NCBI GenBank assembly: GCA_018334055.1
Contig: JAGXSS010000108.1
Span: 834 to 64,833, forward strand
DNA from: Peptococcaceae bacterium
GTDB taxonomy: Bacteria; Bacillota; UBA994
DNA length: 64,000 nt
Reading direction: 5' to 3'
The notes below the pieces were generated by a model. The model was not told where the DNA came from and did not search any database. It saw only the letters and a list, made by a program, of their open reading frames with translations. This document shows, piece after piece, positions 38,750 through 49,505 of this stretch. Both the position numbers and the translations under genes were made by a program. The stretch's first letter is position 1. Each line of letters opens with the position of its first letter.

Positions 38750-40071
38750 CTAAGGTGATTGTCATCGGGGGAGGACTGGCCGGGGTGGAAGCGACCTGGC
38801 AGTTGGTACGACAAGGCATTCCCGTTGAGCTTTTTGAGATGAGACCTCATTACAGCACCGGTGCCCATCATACCGGGTTCTTGGGTGAACTCGTTTGTAG
38901 CAACTCCTTGCGAGCGGTCGATATTGGCAATGCTGTTGGGTTACTAAAAGAAGAGATGCGCCGGTTGTCTTCCTTGGTGATGGAGGTCGCTCTAGAGACC
39001 CGTTTGCCAGCCGGAGGTGCATTGGCAGTAGATAGGCTCGAGTTCGCCGCGACCATCACGGAGACCTTGGAAAATCATCCCTTGGTGAGTATCCGCCGCG
39101 AGGAGGTGCAAGAGCTGCCCAAGAAGGGAATCGTCGTGGTGGCTTCCGGTCCCCTCACCTCGACTGCGCTTGCCTCCGATATTGGAGCTCTCCTCGGAGA
39201 AGAGTTTCTCTCATTTTTTGACGCGGCTGCTCCCATTGTTACCAAGGAATCGATCGATTTAAGCCGGGCTTTCTTTGCCTCCCGTTACGGCAAGGGTGAG
39301 GCGGATTATCTAAACTGTCCGCTCACCGAAGAAGAGTATGAAAGCTTCTTTACCGCCCTTTGCTCGGCAGAAAGGCAAAAGCTGAACTCCCTCGACAAGG
39401 AAAGCTTCTTCGAAGGATGTATGCCCATCGAGCATATGGCCGAGCGCGGCCGTGACACTATGCTTTTTGGTCCGCTGAAACCAGTCGGCCTTGTGGACCC
39501 GCAAACCGGGAAGCGCCCCTTTGCGGTAGTGCAGTTGCGGCAGGATAACCGTGCCGGGACGTTGTACAACCTAGTGGGTTTTCAAACCAGACTCAAGTGG
39601 GGAGAACAAAAACGCGTCTTTTCCCTGATTCCCGCCCTAGCAAAAGCCGAGTTTGTCCGATTTGGAGTGATGCACCGCAATACATTCATCAACTCTCGGC
39701 AACTGTTGGCCCCTACTCTCCAGTACCATCAGCGAAAAGAGTTATTTTTTGCTGGTCAATTTACCGGCGTTGAAGGTTATGTAGAGTCGGCTGCCTCCGG
39801 CCTAGTGGCTGGCATTAATGCCGGTCGCGCTTTTCGGGGATTAGATCCTTTGGTGTTCCCAATAAATACTGCACATGGGGCGCTTCTTAATTACATCACC
39901 GATGCATCGCTTGCTACTTTTCAGCCTATGAATATCACTTTTGGATTGTTCCCTCCTTTAATGAACCCCCCGCGAGACCGCAAGCAGCGCAATCTGGCCT
40001 ATGGGCAGCGCGCCTTGCAGGAATTAGCAGATTTTTGCGACAAGAACTCCGTCTTGACTTGTGTCCTTTAG
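38746..40071 (+). CDS. trmFO: Methylenetetrahydrofolate--tRNA-(uracil54-C5)-methyltransferase TrmFO (Gid)
   Basis: FAD-binding VIVIGGGLAG. TTG start after AGGAGGA, overlapping the topA stop. Confidence 0.9.
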   Translation: MTKVIVIGGGLAGVEATWQLVRQGIPVELFEMRPHYSTGAHHTGFLGELVCSNSLRAVDIGNAVGLLKEEMRRLSSLVMEVALETRLPAGGALAVDRLEFAATITETLENHPLVSIRREEVQELPKKGIVVVASGPLTSTALASDIGALLGEEFLSFFDAAAPIVTKESIDLSRAFFASRYGKGEADYLNCPLTEEEYESFFTALCSAERQKLNSLDKESFFEGCMPIEHMAERGRDTMLFGPLKPVGLVDPQTGKRPFAVVQLRQDNRAGTLYNLVGFQTRLKWGEQKRVFSLIPALAKAEFVRFGVMHRNTFINSRQLLAPTLQYHQRKELFFAGQFTGVEGYVESAASGLVAGINAGRAFRGLDPLVFPINTAHGALLNYITDASLATFQPMNITFGLFPPLMNPPRDRKQRNLAYGQRALQELADFCDKNSVLTCVL

Positions 40072-40105
40072 GCTAAACGTGGTAAAATCGTGGTGGTGAT
40101 GTTAT

Positions 40106-40984
40106 ATGGAAAAACATATCAGCGGTTTTCTTCTGAACCTGTCTGCGGATAAAGGGTTTTCGCCGAAAACGATTGCGAGCTATGCCCACGATTTGGAGCA
40201 GTTCACGCACTTTTTTGGTGATGACAAGGACATCAAGGACGTTTCCCGGGTGGATATGCGGAGTTTCTTAGCCCATTTGTACAAACAGGGCTACGCAAAA
40301 AGCAGCGGAGCAAGGAAGATATCGTGTTTGCGTTCCTTTTTTGCCTACTTGCAGCGGGAACAAGTCATCGAAGGCAATCCTGCCCGTCAAATTTCCTTGC
40401 CTCGCCGAAGAAGAGCCTTGCCGCTTTTCTTGCACCGTCCCGACATGGAGAAGCTTCTTGCATCCCCTCAGGATTGCTTACTTGAACGGAGAGATCGCGC
40501 GCTTTTGGAATTGCTTTATGCTACCGGCTGTCGGGCTAGCGAAATCGTTAGCCTCAGGCTTGACTCCTTCGATTGGTACTCTCGTACCCTCAGAGTGATG
40601 GGCAAGGGCGGAAAGGAGCGACAGGTTCCCTTTGGGAGAATTGCGGGAGATTGTCTCTTGCGCTATCTGGAGGAAGTACGACCAAGGCTCTTGGCTAATC
40701 CTTATGTTGTTCATTTTTTTCTCAACTACTCGGGGCATCCCCTTTCGCAGCGGAGCATCGGGAGGATTCTTGATAAACACCTAAAGCGCACCAACTTGCC
40801 CGGGGAAACGGCCCCCCATAGCCTACGCCATTCTTTTGCCACTCACATGCTAGATAACGGAGCTGATTTGCGTTCTGTTCAGGAACTGCTAGGTCATTCT
40901 TCGGTATCTACGACGCAAATTTACACCCATGTGACTAGCGAAAGAATCAGGGCAGTGTACAACATGGCTCATCCCCGTGCGTAG
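40106..40984 (+). CDS. xerC: Tyrosine recombinase XerC (CodV-type chromosome dimer resolvase)
   Basis: Catalytic RHSFATHML...LGHSSVSTTQIYTHV motifs. Sits in the conserved topA-trmFO-xerC-codY position, so it is a resolvase rather than a mobile-element integrase. Confidence 0.9.
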   Translation: MEKHISGFLLNLSADKGFSPKTIASYAHDLEQFTHFFGDDKDIKDVSRVDMRSFLAHLYKQGYAKSSGARKISCLRSFFAYLQREQVIEGNPARQISLPRRRRALPLFLHRPDMEKLLASPQDCLLERRDRALLELLYATGCRASEIVSLRLDSFDWYSRTLRVMGKGGKERQVPFGRIAGDCLLRYLEEVRPRLLANPYVVHFFLNYSGHPLSQRSIGRILDKHLKRTNLPGETAPHSLRHSFATHMLDNGADLRSVQELLGHSSVSTTQIYTHVTSERIRAVYNMAHPRA

Positions 40985-41077
40985 TTGAAACTAAGGAGTG
41001 TTCTCTGCCCGATTCGAGCGCGCCGGAAGCCGCGTTATTGTTTCCGAAAGAGAAATTTATAGACGGAGGTAAGTATT

Positions 41078-41851
41078 GTGAATTTTCTTGATAAGACTCG
41101 CCAATTGAACAAGGTGTTGCGGCAATCAGCCGGAGAGACGGTGAGGTTTAGCGACCTGGCACAGCTGTTTAGTCAGGTGTTTACTGCTAATGCCTATATC
41201 CTTAACACGCGGGGCAAGCTCCTCGGGGTTGCGCTCATTGACGAATATGATTGCGACCTCTTAAAGCGTCATGTCCGTTCCGGACGCTTCCCAGCTGATT
41301 ACAATGACAAGCTCATGGGCATCCATGAGAGCAACATCAATTGTCGGGAGACAGAGAGTTGCGTCTTTGATGAATCCGTATGCGAGCACACCAACAAGCT
41401 GACCAGCATTATCCCCATCGTTGGTAGGGGAGAACGGTTGGGAACACTGTTGATTGCGCGCTTCGATGAGCCCTTGAGTAGCGATGACGTGGCCCTAGCT
41501 GAGTTTGGCGCGACTATTTTGGCCATGGAACTTCTTCGGGCCAGACAAGAGGTCGCCAGTCAAGAGTCTCGCCAGCGCGCCGTCGTAGAGCTGGCAGTAG
41601 ACACCTTGTCGTATTCCGAGCTTGAGGCCATTGAGCACATTATGCGCGAATTAGGCAGTGAGCAAGAGGGTCTGCTCGTGGCGAGCAAGATCGCTGATCA
41701 GGCGGGGATAACTCGCTCGGTCATAGTCAATGCCTTGCGCAAGCTCGAGAGCGCCGGGGTAATTGTCAGTCGTTCCCTAGGCATGAAGGGCACCTATATC
41801 AAGGTATTGAATAACAAGCTACTCGAGGAATTAGCCAAAAAAGATCACTAA
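41078..41851 (+). CDS. codY: GTP-sensing pleiotropic repressor CodY
   Basis: GAF-like N-terminus. C-terminal winged HTH (ASKIADQAGITRSVIVNALRKLESAGVI). Confidence 0.9.
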   Translation: MNFLDKTRQLNKVLRQSAGETVRFSDLAQLFSQVFTANAYILNTRGKLLGVALIDEYDCDLLKRHVRSGRFPADYNDKLMGIHESNINCRETESCVFDESVCEHTNKLTSIIPIVGRGERLGTLLIARFDEPLSSDDVALAEFGATILAMELLRARQEVASQESRQRAVVELAVDTLSYSELEAIEHIMRELGSEQEGLLVASKIADQAGITRSVIVNALRKLESAGVIVSRSLGMKGTYIKVLNNKLLEELAKKDH

Positions 41852-41854
41852 AAG

Positions 41855-41883
41855 TTGCCTGTTGTTAATGGGTATGCTATACT
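41855..41883 (+). promoter_or_regulatory. Candidate sigma-A promoter for rpsB-tsf
   Basis: TTGCCT-N17-TATACT, about 110 nt upstream of the rpsB ATG. The leader is structured, with a CCCCGGCAGGGG hairpin. Confidence 0.5.
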
Positions 41884-41993
41884 GACTTTCGGTGTTTAAA
41901 CTACACACGCACTCCGATGGGCAAAGGTGTGTCCCCGGCAGGGGATTCTTTCCTACATGACGGGTGCGGAGGAAAAACAAAGGAGGTATTACC

Positions 41994-42692
41994 ATGGCAG
42001 TAGTCAGCATGAAACAACTGCTCGAGGCTGGTGTGCACTTCGGGCACCAAACGCGGCGTTGGAATCCCAAGATGGCTCCGTATATCTTTATGGAGCGCAA
42101 TGGCATCTACATTATCGACCTGCAAAAGACTGTTCGTAAGCTCGAGGAGGCTTATTCCTTCATCAAGAGCGTAATTAGAAATGGCGAGAGCATCCTCTTT
42201 GTGGGGACGAAGAAGCAGGCACAGGAGGCTGTGGTTGATGAAGCCGTCCGCTGTAACATGTTTTTCGTCAACCAGCGCTGGTTGGGTGGCACCCTCACTA
42301 ACTTCCAAACCATCGAGAAGCGGGTTAAGAGATTGCACGATCTCGAGCGCATGCGCGAAGATGGAACATTCTCGGCCTTACCCAAGAAAGAGGTAGTGAA
42401 CCTGTATAAAGAGATGGAGCGCTTAGAGAAATTTCTCGGGGGCATCAAAAAGATGCATGGGCTCCCCGGCGCCCTCTTTGTCATAGATCCGCGCAAGGAA
42501 AAGAACGCCATCGCCGAGGCGCGCCGACTGGGCATTCCCATTGTGGCGATCGTCGATACGAACTGTGACCCGGATGAAATCGACTACATTATTCCAGGCA
42601 ACGATGATGCTATTAGAGCCGTCAAGCTCATCACTGCGACCATTGCCGATGCAGTGCTGGAAGCACGGCAGGGCGAGCAACTGGCTGAATAG
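41994..42692 (+). CDS. rpsB: 30S ribosomal protein S2
   Basis: [30 protein letters not shown] at 41994 follows AGGAGG. The ORF start at 41964 is an over-extension. Confidence 0.95.
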   Translation: MAVVSMKQLLEAGVHFGHQTRRWNPKMAPYIFMERNGIYIIDLQKTVRKLEEAYSFIKSVIRNGESILFVGTKKQAQEAVVDEAVRCNMFFVNQRWLGGTLTNFQTIEKRVKRLHDLERMREDGTFSALPKKEVVNLYKEMERLEKFLGGIKKMHGLPGALFVIDPRKEKNAIAEARRLGIPIVAIVDTNCDPDEIDYIIPGNDDAIRAVKLITATIADAVLEARQGEQLAE

Positions 42693-42727
42693 CCGTTTTA
42701 TCTACAGGCAAGAAGGGAGCTCCTACT

Positions 42728-43348
42728 ATGGCCAAAATTGAAGCAAGTCTTGTTAAAGAACTCCGCGAACGCACTGGCGCAGGCATGATGGATTGCAAGA
42801 AGGCGCTCTCAGAGACTAGTGGTGACATGGAAAAAGCAGTGGAATTTTTGCGCGAGAAGGGCCTGGCCGCAGCCACTAAGAAATCTGGTCGCATCACCAG
42901 TGAGGGCATCGTCGAGTCATATATCCACGGTGGAGGGCGCATCGGCGTATTAGTCGAGATGAATTGCGAGACTGATTTCGTAGCGAAGAATGAAGATTTT
43001 CGCGCTTTGGTACGGGATATGGCTATGCAAATCGCCGCTGCTAACCCGCAGTACATCACCCGCGAGGAAGTGCCCACCCACATTATAGAACATGAAAAAG
43101 AAATACTCAGGGCTCAGGCCATCAACGAGGGGAAACCCGAGAAGATCATCGACAAAATGGTCGAGGGGCGGCTGGAGAAGTATTTTGCTGAGGTGTGCCT
43201 CATGGAGCAGAACTTCGTGCGGGAAGGCGATCAGAGCGTTAAAGAATATATTCAATCCAAGGTTGCCATTTTTGGTGAAAACATGGCGGTGCGCCGTTTT
43301 GCTCGCTTCCAAATGGGTGAAGGTCTGCAAAAGCGCTCTGAAGCTTAG
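42728..43348 (+). CDS. tsf: Elongation factor Ts
   Basis: [19 protein letters not shown]...EKGLAAA. Confidence 0.95.
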   Translation: MAKIEASLVKELRERTGAGMMDCKKALSETSGDMEKAVEFLREKGLAAATKKSGRITSEGIVESYIHGGGRIGVLVEMNCETDFVAKNEDFRALVRDMAMQIAAANPQYITREEVPTHIIEHEKEILRAQAINEGKPEKIIDKMVEGRLEKYFAEVCLMEQNFVREGDQSVKEYIQSKVAIFGENMAVRRFARFQMGEGLQKRSEA

Positions 43349-43355
43349 TGAAAAA

Positions 43356-43380
43356 GGAACACCTCGGTGTTCCTTTTTTC
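43356..43380 (+). terminator. Rho-independent terminator after tsf
   Basis: GGAACACC-tc-GGTGTTCC is a perfect 8-bp stem, followed by TTTTTT. Confidence 0.7.
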
Positions 43381-43417
43381 CGATGCGCATAATTGGGGTC
43401 TCAAAGGAGGGATAAGG

Positions 43418-44143
43418 ATGGACTGTCCTAAGTATCGTAGGGTGATCCTCAAGTTGAGTGGTGAGGCCCTTGCCGGGGAATTAGGTTACGGCATCAGCAG
43501 TGAAGTGATTGCTGCGGTGGCCGAGCAGCTAGTGGAAATCAGGCGACGTGGCGTGGAACTCGCCGTGGTTGTCGGTGGAGGCAATATTTGGCGTGGAGCT
43601 GTCGGCAGTGCCAAGGGCATGGACCGCGCTACAGCAGATTACATGGGTATGCTAGCCACAGTGCTCAACGCTCTCGCCTTGCAGGATGCTATTGAGAAAC
43701 TGGGGGTATCAACCCGGGTGCAGACGGCTATTGAGATGAGGGAGGTAGCAGAGCCTTATATTCGCCGCAAAGCCATCACCCATCTCGAAAAAGGATACAT
43801 TGTAATCTTTGCCGCCGGTACAGGTAACCCATATTTTTCTACAGACACCACCGCCGCCCTACGTGGGGCCGAAATTGGTGCAGAGATTATTCTAAAAGCA
43901 ACCCAGGTTGATGGTGTATACGATAGCGATCCTCGCAAGAACCCCGATGCCATACGATATACGGAATTGTCATACATCGATGTTTTACAGCAGAACTTAG
44001 GGATCATGGACGCCACGGCCACCTCTCTCTCCATGGTTAATAACATCCCGATATTGGTTTTTAGCCTGGAAGATGTTAACAATATCTCTCGTGCCGCGCT
44101 CGGCGAGGACATTGGAACATATGTAAGGAGGGACACTAAGTGA
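43418..44143 (+). CDS. pyrH: UMP kinase
   Basis: [11 protein letters not shown]...[14 protein letters not shown] at 43418 follows AAGGAGGG. Confidence 0.95.
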   Translation: MDCPKYRRVILKLSGEALAGELGYGISSEVIAAVAEQLVEIRRRGVELAVVVGGGNIWRGAVGSAKGMDRATADYMGMLATVLNALALQDAIEKLGVSTRVQTAIEMREVAEPYIRRKAITHLEKGYIVIFAAGTGNPYFSTDTTAALRGAEIGAEIILKATQVDGVYDSDPRKNPDAIRYTELSYIDVLQQNLGIMDATATSLSMVNNIPILVFSLEDVNNISRAALGEDIGTYVRRDTK

Positions 44144-44697
44144 TCAAGGAGATTGTCAAGGAACTAGAAGATAAAATGAAAAAAACAGTGGTAGCCTTGC
44201 AGAAAGATCTCGGGGGACTCCGCGCAGGTCGGGCGAATCCCGGACTGTTAGAAAAAATTACTGTGGAATATTACGGTGTTCCCTCGCCCTTGGCTCAAGT
44301 GGCCACTATTACCGTGCCTGAGGCACGTTTGTTGGTCATTCAACCTTGGGATAAATCTCTGCTCAAGAGCATCGAAAAAGCTATTCAGAAGTCCGATCTC
44401 GGGCTAACTCCTAACACTGACGGCACAGTTATTCGCTTGACAATCCCGGCCTTAACACAGGAGCGCCGCAGCGAACTAGTTAAAGTGGCGAGAAAGAAGG
44501 CCGAAGACGGGCGTGTTGCCGTGCGACATCTGCGCCGTGATGGCAATGACATGATCAAAGAGCTAGAAAAAGACGGCGAAATTTCTGAAGATCAAGCTAA
44601 GAAAGCCCAGGAAGAAGTACAAAAGCTCACGGACAAGCACATCAAAGAAGTGGAAGAAGTTCTGCTCACAAAAGAAGCAGAAATCATGGAAATATAA
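44140..44697 (+). CDS. frr: Ribosome recycling factor
   Basis: [20 protein letters not shown]. Confidence 0.95.
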   Translation: MIKEIVKELEDKMKKTVVALQKDLGGLRAGRANPGLLEKITVEYYGVPSPLAQVATITVPEARLLVIQPWDKSLLKSIEKAIQKSDLGLTPNTDGTVIRLTIPALTQERRSELVKVARKKAEDGRVAVRHLRRDGNDMIKELEKDGEISEDQAKKAQEEVQKLTDKHIKEVEEVLLTKEAEIMEI

Positions 44698-44703
44698 CCC
44701 ATG

Positions 44704-44727
44704 ACCCCTCTCGCCAGGGGTTTTTTG
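44704..44727 (+). terminator. Rho-independent terminator after frr
   Basis: ACCCCT-ctcgcc-AGGGGT followed by TTTTT. Confidence 0.65.
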
Positions 44728-44743
44728 ATATAGGGGGAACAAC

Positions 44744-45457
44744 ATGGTTGATAAAATACCGCGTCATGTGGCTATTGTCATGGATGGCAATGGTCGTTGG
44801 GCACAGAAACGTGGTCTGCCACGGATGGCAGGGCATCGAGCTGGCTTATCGGCCGCTAGGATAGCAATTGAGGAGTGTGCCGCTCTTAATATACAGTACC
44901 TTACCTTGTATGCCTTCTCTACCGAAAATTGGCAGAGGCCGCGAGCAGAGGTAGAATATCTTATGAGCTTGCCGGAGGAATTTTGGCGCAAGGAACGCAA
45001 GTTCTTCGAGGAACGCGAATTGCGCTTAAATATTCTCGGTGATATGTCGGGTTTACCTGAAACAACTCGTCGGGTACTACTCGAGGCTATGTCTACCACT
45101 AATGAGCGCACCAAACTTACGGTAAACCTAGCCATGAACTATGGCGGGCGGGCCGAAATATTGCGCGCGGCCAAGCTCTATGCGCTGCGTTTCCCCGATG
45201 GGAGCGGTGATGAAAGTGCCTTTGCGAAGTGCCTCTACACTGCAGACATGCCCGACCCAGATTTGCTCATTAGATCCGGAGGGGAGAAGAGGCTGAGCAA
45301 TTTCCTCCTTTGGCAGTGCGCTTATGCGGAGATTGTATTCAGCGACACTTATTGGCCGGATTTTGGGGCTCGGCAATTTAGAGATGCTGTAGCAGAATTT
45401 CAGAAGCGCCAGCGCCGCCATGGAGGATTACTTGATAGGGGGGCCGGCCGTGATTAA
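44744..45457 (+). CDS. uppS: Di-trans,poly-cis-undecaprenyl-diphosphate synthase
   Basis: HVAIVMDGNGRWA...LTLYAFSTENWQRP. Confidence 0.95.
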   Translation: MVDKIPRHVAIVMDGNGRWAQKRGLPRMAGHRAGLSAARIAIEECAALNIQYLTLYAFSTENWQRPRAEVEYLMSLPEEFWRKERKFFEERELRLNILGDMSGLPETTRRVLLEAMSTTNERTKLTVNLAMNYGGRAEILRAAKLYALRFPDGSGDESAFAKCLYTADMPDPDLLIRSGGEKRLSNFLLWQCAYAEIVFSDTYWPDFGARQFRDAVAEFQKRQRRHGGLLDRGAGRD

Positions 45458-46232
45458 ACGCATAATTACTGTCTTAGTGGCCCTACCCATCGCCGTACTG
45501 CTCACCTATGCGGGAGGACAGCCCTTCGCGCTTTTACTGGCAGTACTTGGTGTGCTGGCTATATATGAAGGGCGCAATTTGCTACTGGCGAACGAGATAC
45601 ATTTTTCGCGCTTAAACTACTTGTTCCCGGTTGCATATTTGGGCGCGATCTTGCTCGGTCTTGAAGACATGGCCCTACAGGTCGTGGTAAGTGGGGCAGT
45701 GGTTGTTCTGACTCGTCAACTGTTGGATTTCCCTAAATTCAATCTTGTATCAGCAGGGGCTAATTTGCTGATCATCTTATACCCGACACTTCTTCTTGGC
45801 AATATGTTGCTACTTCGCTTGCATGCCGGATGGGCATGGACCATCATTCCGCTGGTGGCGGTCTGGGTATATGACGCTGCGGCCTACGTTTTTGGCGTCA
45901 GGTTTGGTAGAATTAGAATGTGGACCTCCGTCTCTCCTAAGAAAAGTCTTGAAGGGGCCATGGCCGGTCTAGTATGTAGTTTGTTCGTCATACTATACAT
46001 GAGGAGCCATTTGAATATCGGTCTTGTGCCTGCCTTTTTCTTAGGTTTAGTCATTGCTTCCGCTGCTCATCTCGGAGACCTTGTCGAGTCGGCACTGAAA
46101 CGATACGCTAGGGTCAAGGATTCCGGAGCACTCTTTCCTGGGCACGGCGGGGTTCTGGATCGGCTTGACTCAATGATGTATGCCTCGGCGGTAGTATACT
46201 GGCTGTGGTCGGCGACTACAGGTATAGCATGA
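45420..46232 (+). CDS. cdsA: Phosphatidate cytidylyltransferase
   Basis: C-terminal signature SALKRYARVKDSGALFPGHGGVLDRLDSMMYAS. The start may instead be the GTG at 45450. Confidence 0.85.
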   Translation: MEDYLIGGPAVIKRIITVLVALPIAVLLTYAGGQPFALLLAVLGVLAIYEGRNLLLANEIHFSRLNYLFPVAYLGAILLGLEDMALQVVVSGAVVVLTRQLLDFPKFNLVSAGANLLIILYPTLLLGNMLLLRLHAGWAWTIIPLVAVWVYDAAAYVFGVRFGRIRMWTSVSPKKSLEGAMAGLVCSLFVILYMRSHLNIGLVPAFFLGLVIASAAHLGDLVESALKRYARVKDSGALFPGHGGVLDRLDSMMYASAVVYWLWSATTGIA

Positions 46233-47380
46233 AAAAGATCATCGTGCTTGGTTCCACCGGTTCGATAGGCAAAGCCACCCTCGATGTAGTGCTGAAGCAA
46301 CAGCAGTATTTGCAGGTGGTGGGTCTCGCTGTGGGCCAACAGTGCCAGCTGCTCATGGAGCAAGTGGCAGTTTTCCGTCCGCAATCGGTAGCGGTCCAAG
46401 ATATCCAGTGTGCGCTACGCCTGCGCGCGCTATATCCTGACCTAGTAATTTATAGTGGCCAAGACGCGGCGACCGAGCTGGTCCGAGAAACACCCTGCGA
46501 TGTGGTTGTAGCGGCTATCAGTGGGATGGCAGGCCTAGGTCCGATTGTAGCTGCCGCCGAACGCGGGCGATTGATAGCCTTGGCCAACAAGGAAAGCTTG
46601 GTTGCTGCCGGTGACCTTCTGATGACCCTGGCTAAGCAGCATGGTGCGGCTATACTGCCCGTAGATAGCGAGCACTCTGCCCTGTGGCAGGCCATGCTTG
46701 CTTGGCCACGTAGGGCGGTGAGCAAACTAATTCTAACCGCCTCGGGTGGTCCATTTGTCGGTCGGTCCAAGAAAGAACTGCAAGAAGTCACGGTGTCACA
46801 GGCCCTTGCCCATCCTACCTGGAAAATGGGAGGCAAAATTAGTATCGACTCAGCCACGCTGATGAACAAGGGTTTAGAAATTATCGAAGCGCATCATCTA
46901 TTCGAGTTTTCTTATGACGATATCGAGGTGCTAGTGCACCCTGAGAGCATTGTTCACTCCTTGGTGGAGTTTGTAGATGGGGCGCAAATGGCACAATGTA
47001 GTTATCCAGACATGCGTCTTCCTATCCAGCTGGCCCTGTCTTTTCCAGAGCGCTGGCCGGCGGACTATGTGGTCAATCGCTATGCGGGCACGTCATGGAG
47101 TTTTTCTGCACCTGACTTAAGCACTTTTCGCTGCCTGACGCTAGCAATTGAGGCTGGTAGGAGGGGAGGGGCCTATCCTACCGTGCTCAATGCCGCTAAT
47201 GAGGTGGCGGTGGCTAGTTTTTTGCGAGGGGAAACGGGTTTCCTGGCCATTGCCGAAGTGGTGGAGACGGTACTCGCCAAACAAATGCCAAAAAAAGCAG
47301 AGGCTTTATCTGAGGTCTTCGCCATTGATGAGTGGGCTCGCCGACAGACTGCTGCGACAATCAAACAGAGGGCGGTGTAG
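46229..47380 (+). CDS. dxr: 1-deoxy-D-xylulose 5-phosphate reductoisomerase
   Basis: MKKIIVLGSTGSIGKATLDV N-terminus. The ATG overlaps the cdsA stop. Confidence 0.95.
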   Translation: MKKIIVLGSTGSIGKATLDVVLKQQQYLQVVGLAVGQQCQLLMEQVAVFRPQSVAVQDIQCALRLRALYPDLVIYSGQDAATELVRETPCDVVVAAISGMAGLGPIVAAAERGRLIALANKESLVAAGDLLMTLAKQHGAAILPVDSEHSALWQAMLAWPRRAVSKLILTASGGPFVGRSKKELQEVTVSQALAHPTWKMGGKISIDSATLMNKGLEIIEAHHLFEFSYDDIEVLVHPESIVHSLVEFVDGAQMAQCSYPDMRLPIQLALSFPERWPADYVVNRYAGTSWSFSAPDLSTFRCLTLAIEAGRRGGAYPTVLNAANEVAVASFLRGETGFLAIAEVVETVLAKQMPKKAEALSEVFAIDEWARRQTAATIKQRAV

Positions 47381-47382
47381 AG

Positions 47383-48408
47383 TTGGTTATCTTGATGGCC
47401 ATCGTAATAATTGGGGTGCTCGTGTTCTTTCATGAGTTGGGACATTTTTTGACGGCAAAGGCCTCGGGCATGTTAGTGCACGAGTTTGCTCTGGGAATGG
47501 GGCCTGTTTTACTATCCATTACGAGGGGGGACACTAAATACTCTTTGCGCATGCTGCCTATCGGAGGCTTTCTCCGCGTCGCGGGTGAAGAGCAAGAGCA
47601 AGGAAAGGTGTCCATCCCCGACGAACAACGCTATGATAAGAAGGCTGTTTGGCAACGCATGATTTTCGTCGCAGGTGGGTCCATGATGAACTTTGTCCTT
47701 GCGGCCCTCATTTTTGCGGTCATTTTCATGGCTTTCGGCGTCCCTTCTTCCGAGCCTCTCATTGGCTCGGTTACCCCTAGCTGGCCGGCGGCAGATGCCG
47801 GTCTTGCGGTGGGGGATAGGGTGGTGCGCATTGACGGCCGTGATATTGCCAACTGGAGTGATTTGCAGAAAGCCATTGCCGGTACCACTACCGACACAAT
47901 TGCAGTTGAAATCCTTCGCGGGGAACAAGAAATGACCCTGTCCATCGCCCCACGTGTTGACGAAGCTAGCGGCCGCAGATTGGTAGGTGTCTCCCCAGCC
48001 AATGTCAGACATGGGCCCCTAAAAGCCCTGTACTTGGGGACAAGGGACATGCTGTGGTTCACTGCAGAGATTATCGGTGTTGTGGGCAGGATGCTCACCG
48101 GCAGAATGCCGGCCGAAGGTGCCGGACCAATCGGCATGGTGGTCATGGTTGGCGAGGTCGCTCGCACTGGATTGGCCAATCTCTTGTCCTTCGCCGCTAT
48201 CATCAGCATCCAATTGGGGATGTTCAATTTGCTGCCTATCCCAGCGCTAGACGGCAGTAAATTGATCTTTCTGGCTATCGAAGGGTTACGGGGCAAACCC
48301 ATCAACCCCGACAAGGAGAACATGATTCATTTCATTGGTTTTATCATGCTGATGGTTCTGATCGTCCTGATTACCTATCAAGACCTACAGCGCTTGAACA
48401 TCTTTTAG
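47383..48408 (+). CDS. rseP: Regulated-intramembrane-proteolysis site-2 zinc metalloprotease RseP/RasP
   Basis: HELGHF zinc motif in TM1, a PDZ domain, and a C-terminal LDG motif. The start is ambiguous between TTG 47383 and ATG 47395. Confidence 0.85.
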   Translation: MVILMAIVIIGVLVFFHELGHFLTAKASGMLVHEFALGMGPVLLSITRGDTKYSLRMLPIGGFLRVAGEEQEQGKVSIPDEQRYDKKAVWQRMIFVAGGSMMNFVLAALIFAVIFMAFGVPSSEPLIGSVTPSWPAADAGLAVGDRVVRIDGRDIANWSDLQKAIAGTTTDTIAVEILRGEQEMTLSIAPRVDEASGRRLVGVSPANVRHGPLKALYLGTRDMLWFTAEIIGVVGRMLTGRMPAEGAGPIGMVVMVGEVARTGLANLLSFAAIISIQLGMFNLLPIPALDGSKLIFLAIEGLRGKPINPDKENMIHFIGFIMLMVLIVLITYQDLQRLNIF

Positions 48409-48418
48409 GGGTGAGCGT

Positions 48419-49492
48419 ATGTACCCGCGGCAAGACACCGTACCTGTGCAAGTGGGTGGTCTAATTATTGGTGGTGGAGCACCGATTGTCATTCAGTCGA
48501 TGACAAACACAGCTACTGAGGATGTACAAAATACATTGAAACAGATAGTGGCGCTGAGCAGGGCGGGGTGCGGCCTGGTGCGAATAGCTGTGCCCCATGA
48601 TGAGGCCCGCAAAGCTCTAGCGGAATTGGTCAGCAAATCTCCGGTACCACTTGAGGCCGATATCCACTTTGATCATCGTCTAGCCATAGGTTCCCTAGAA
48701 ATGGGCGTAGCCAAAGTTCGCATTAACCCCGGCAATATCGGCAGTAACAGCAAAGTAAAAGAAGTCATCGCTGCTGCCTCGCGCCGCGGGGCGGCGGTAC
48801 GCATAGGGGTTAACTCCGGGTCGCTACCGAGCTCAATCCTCGCCAAGTATGGGGGACCTACGGCCGAGGCGCTGGTTGAGGCGGCGCTTCAATACGAAAG
48901 GCAAATTACGGCCTGGGGTTTTGCGAACTTAGTTTTCTCCTTAAAATCATCGGATGTGTTAAAAACGGTGCGAGCCAACGAGCTGTTTTCAAGGTCATCC
49001 AGATTTCCTCTCCACATTGGTATTACCGAGGCTGGCACGCGTCTCAAAGGGGCGGTACGCACGGCGGTCGGTCTAAGCTTGCTCCTTAGTCAGGGTATCG
49101 GCGACACTTTGCGGGTCTCGTTGACCGCCGATCCCCTAGATGAAGTAGTCGTGGCCAAGGAGATTCTCGCGAGTATGGGTCTTTACCCTAAGCAGCTGCA
49201 CATTGTCAGTTGTCCAACCTGCGGAAGGACTGCGGGCGACCTCATTTCTTTGGCAGAGCGGGTCGAGCTTGAGCTCGAGGACCTCGCTATGATACCTTTG
49301 CGAATTGCCGTGATGGGCTGTGCAGTTAATGGACCGGGAGAAGCCAAGGAGGCTGATCTCGGTATCGCCCTATCCCAAGACAAGGCGGTGTTGTTTCGCC
49401 GTGGGCAAATCGTTGACATCTTACCATTAGAATCGGCAGCCGTTCGGTTGGTTGCCGAGGCTCGCCAGATGGCGTTCAATCTGACGAATTAG
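48419..49492 (+). CDS. ispG: 4-hydroxy-3-methylbut-2-en-1-yl diphosphate synthase IspG (GcpE)
   Basis: TIM-barrel N-domain plus the C-terminal 4Fe-4S motif CPTCGRT. Confidence 0.95.
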   Translation: MYPRQDTVPVQVGGLIIGGGAPIVIQSMTNTATEDVQNTLKQIVALSRAGCGLVRIAVPHDEARKALAELVSKSPVPLEADIHFDHRLAIGSLEMGVAKVRINPGNIGSNSKVKEVIAAASRRGAAVRIGVNSGSLPSSILAKYGGPTAEALVEAALQYERQITAWGFANLVFSLKSSDVLKTVRANELFSRSSRFPLHIGITEAGTRLKGAVRTAVGLSLLLSQGIGDTLRVSLTADPLDEVVVAKEILASMGLYPKQLHIVSCPTCGRTAGDLISLAERVELELEDLAMIPLRIAVMGCAVNGPGEAKEADLGIALSQDKAVLFRRGQIVDILPLESAAVRLVAEARQMAFNLTN

Positions 49493-49505
49493 GGGGGGGT
49501 ATGGC

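Noticed and set aside
40106-40984. Tyrosine recombinase as a marker of an integrated mobile element
   Set aside because: It sits in the conserved topA-trmFO-xerC-codY housekeeping context, which is the CodV/XerC position. There are no flanking repeats, att-like sites or phage genes.
41025-41053. Possible CodY box and promoter (TTATTG-N17-TATAGA, TTGTTTCCGAAAGAG) upstream of codY, suggesting autoregulation
   Set aside because: Only 8 of 15 positions match the AATTTTCWGAAAATT consensus. The putative -10 would place the transcription start inside the RBS. The evidence is too weak to call.
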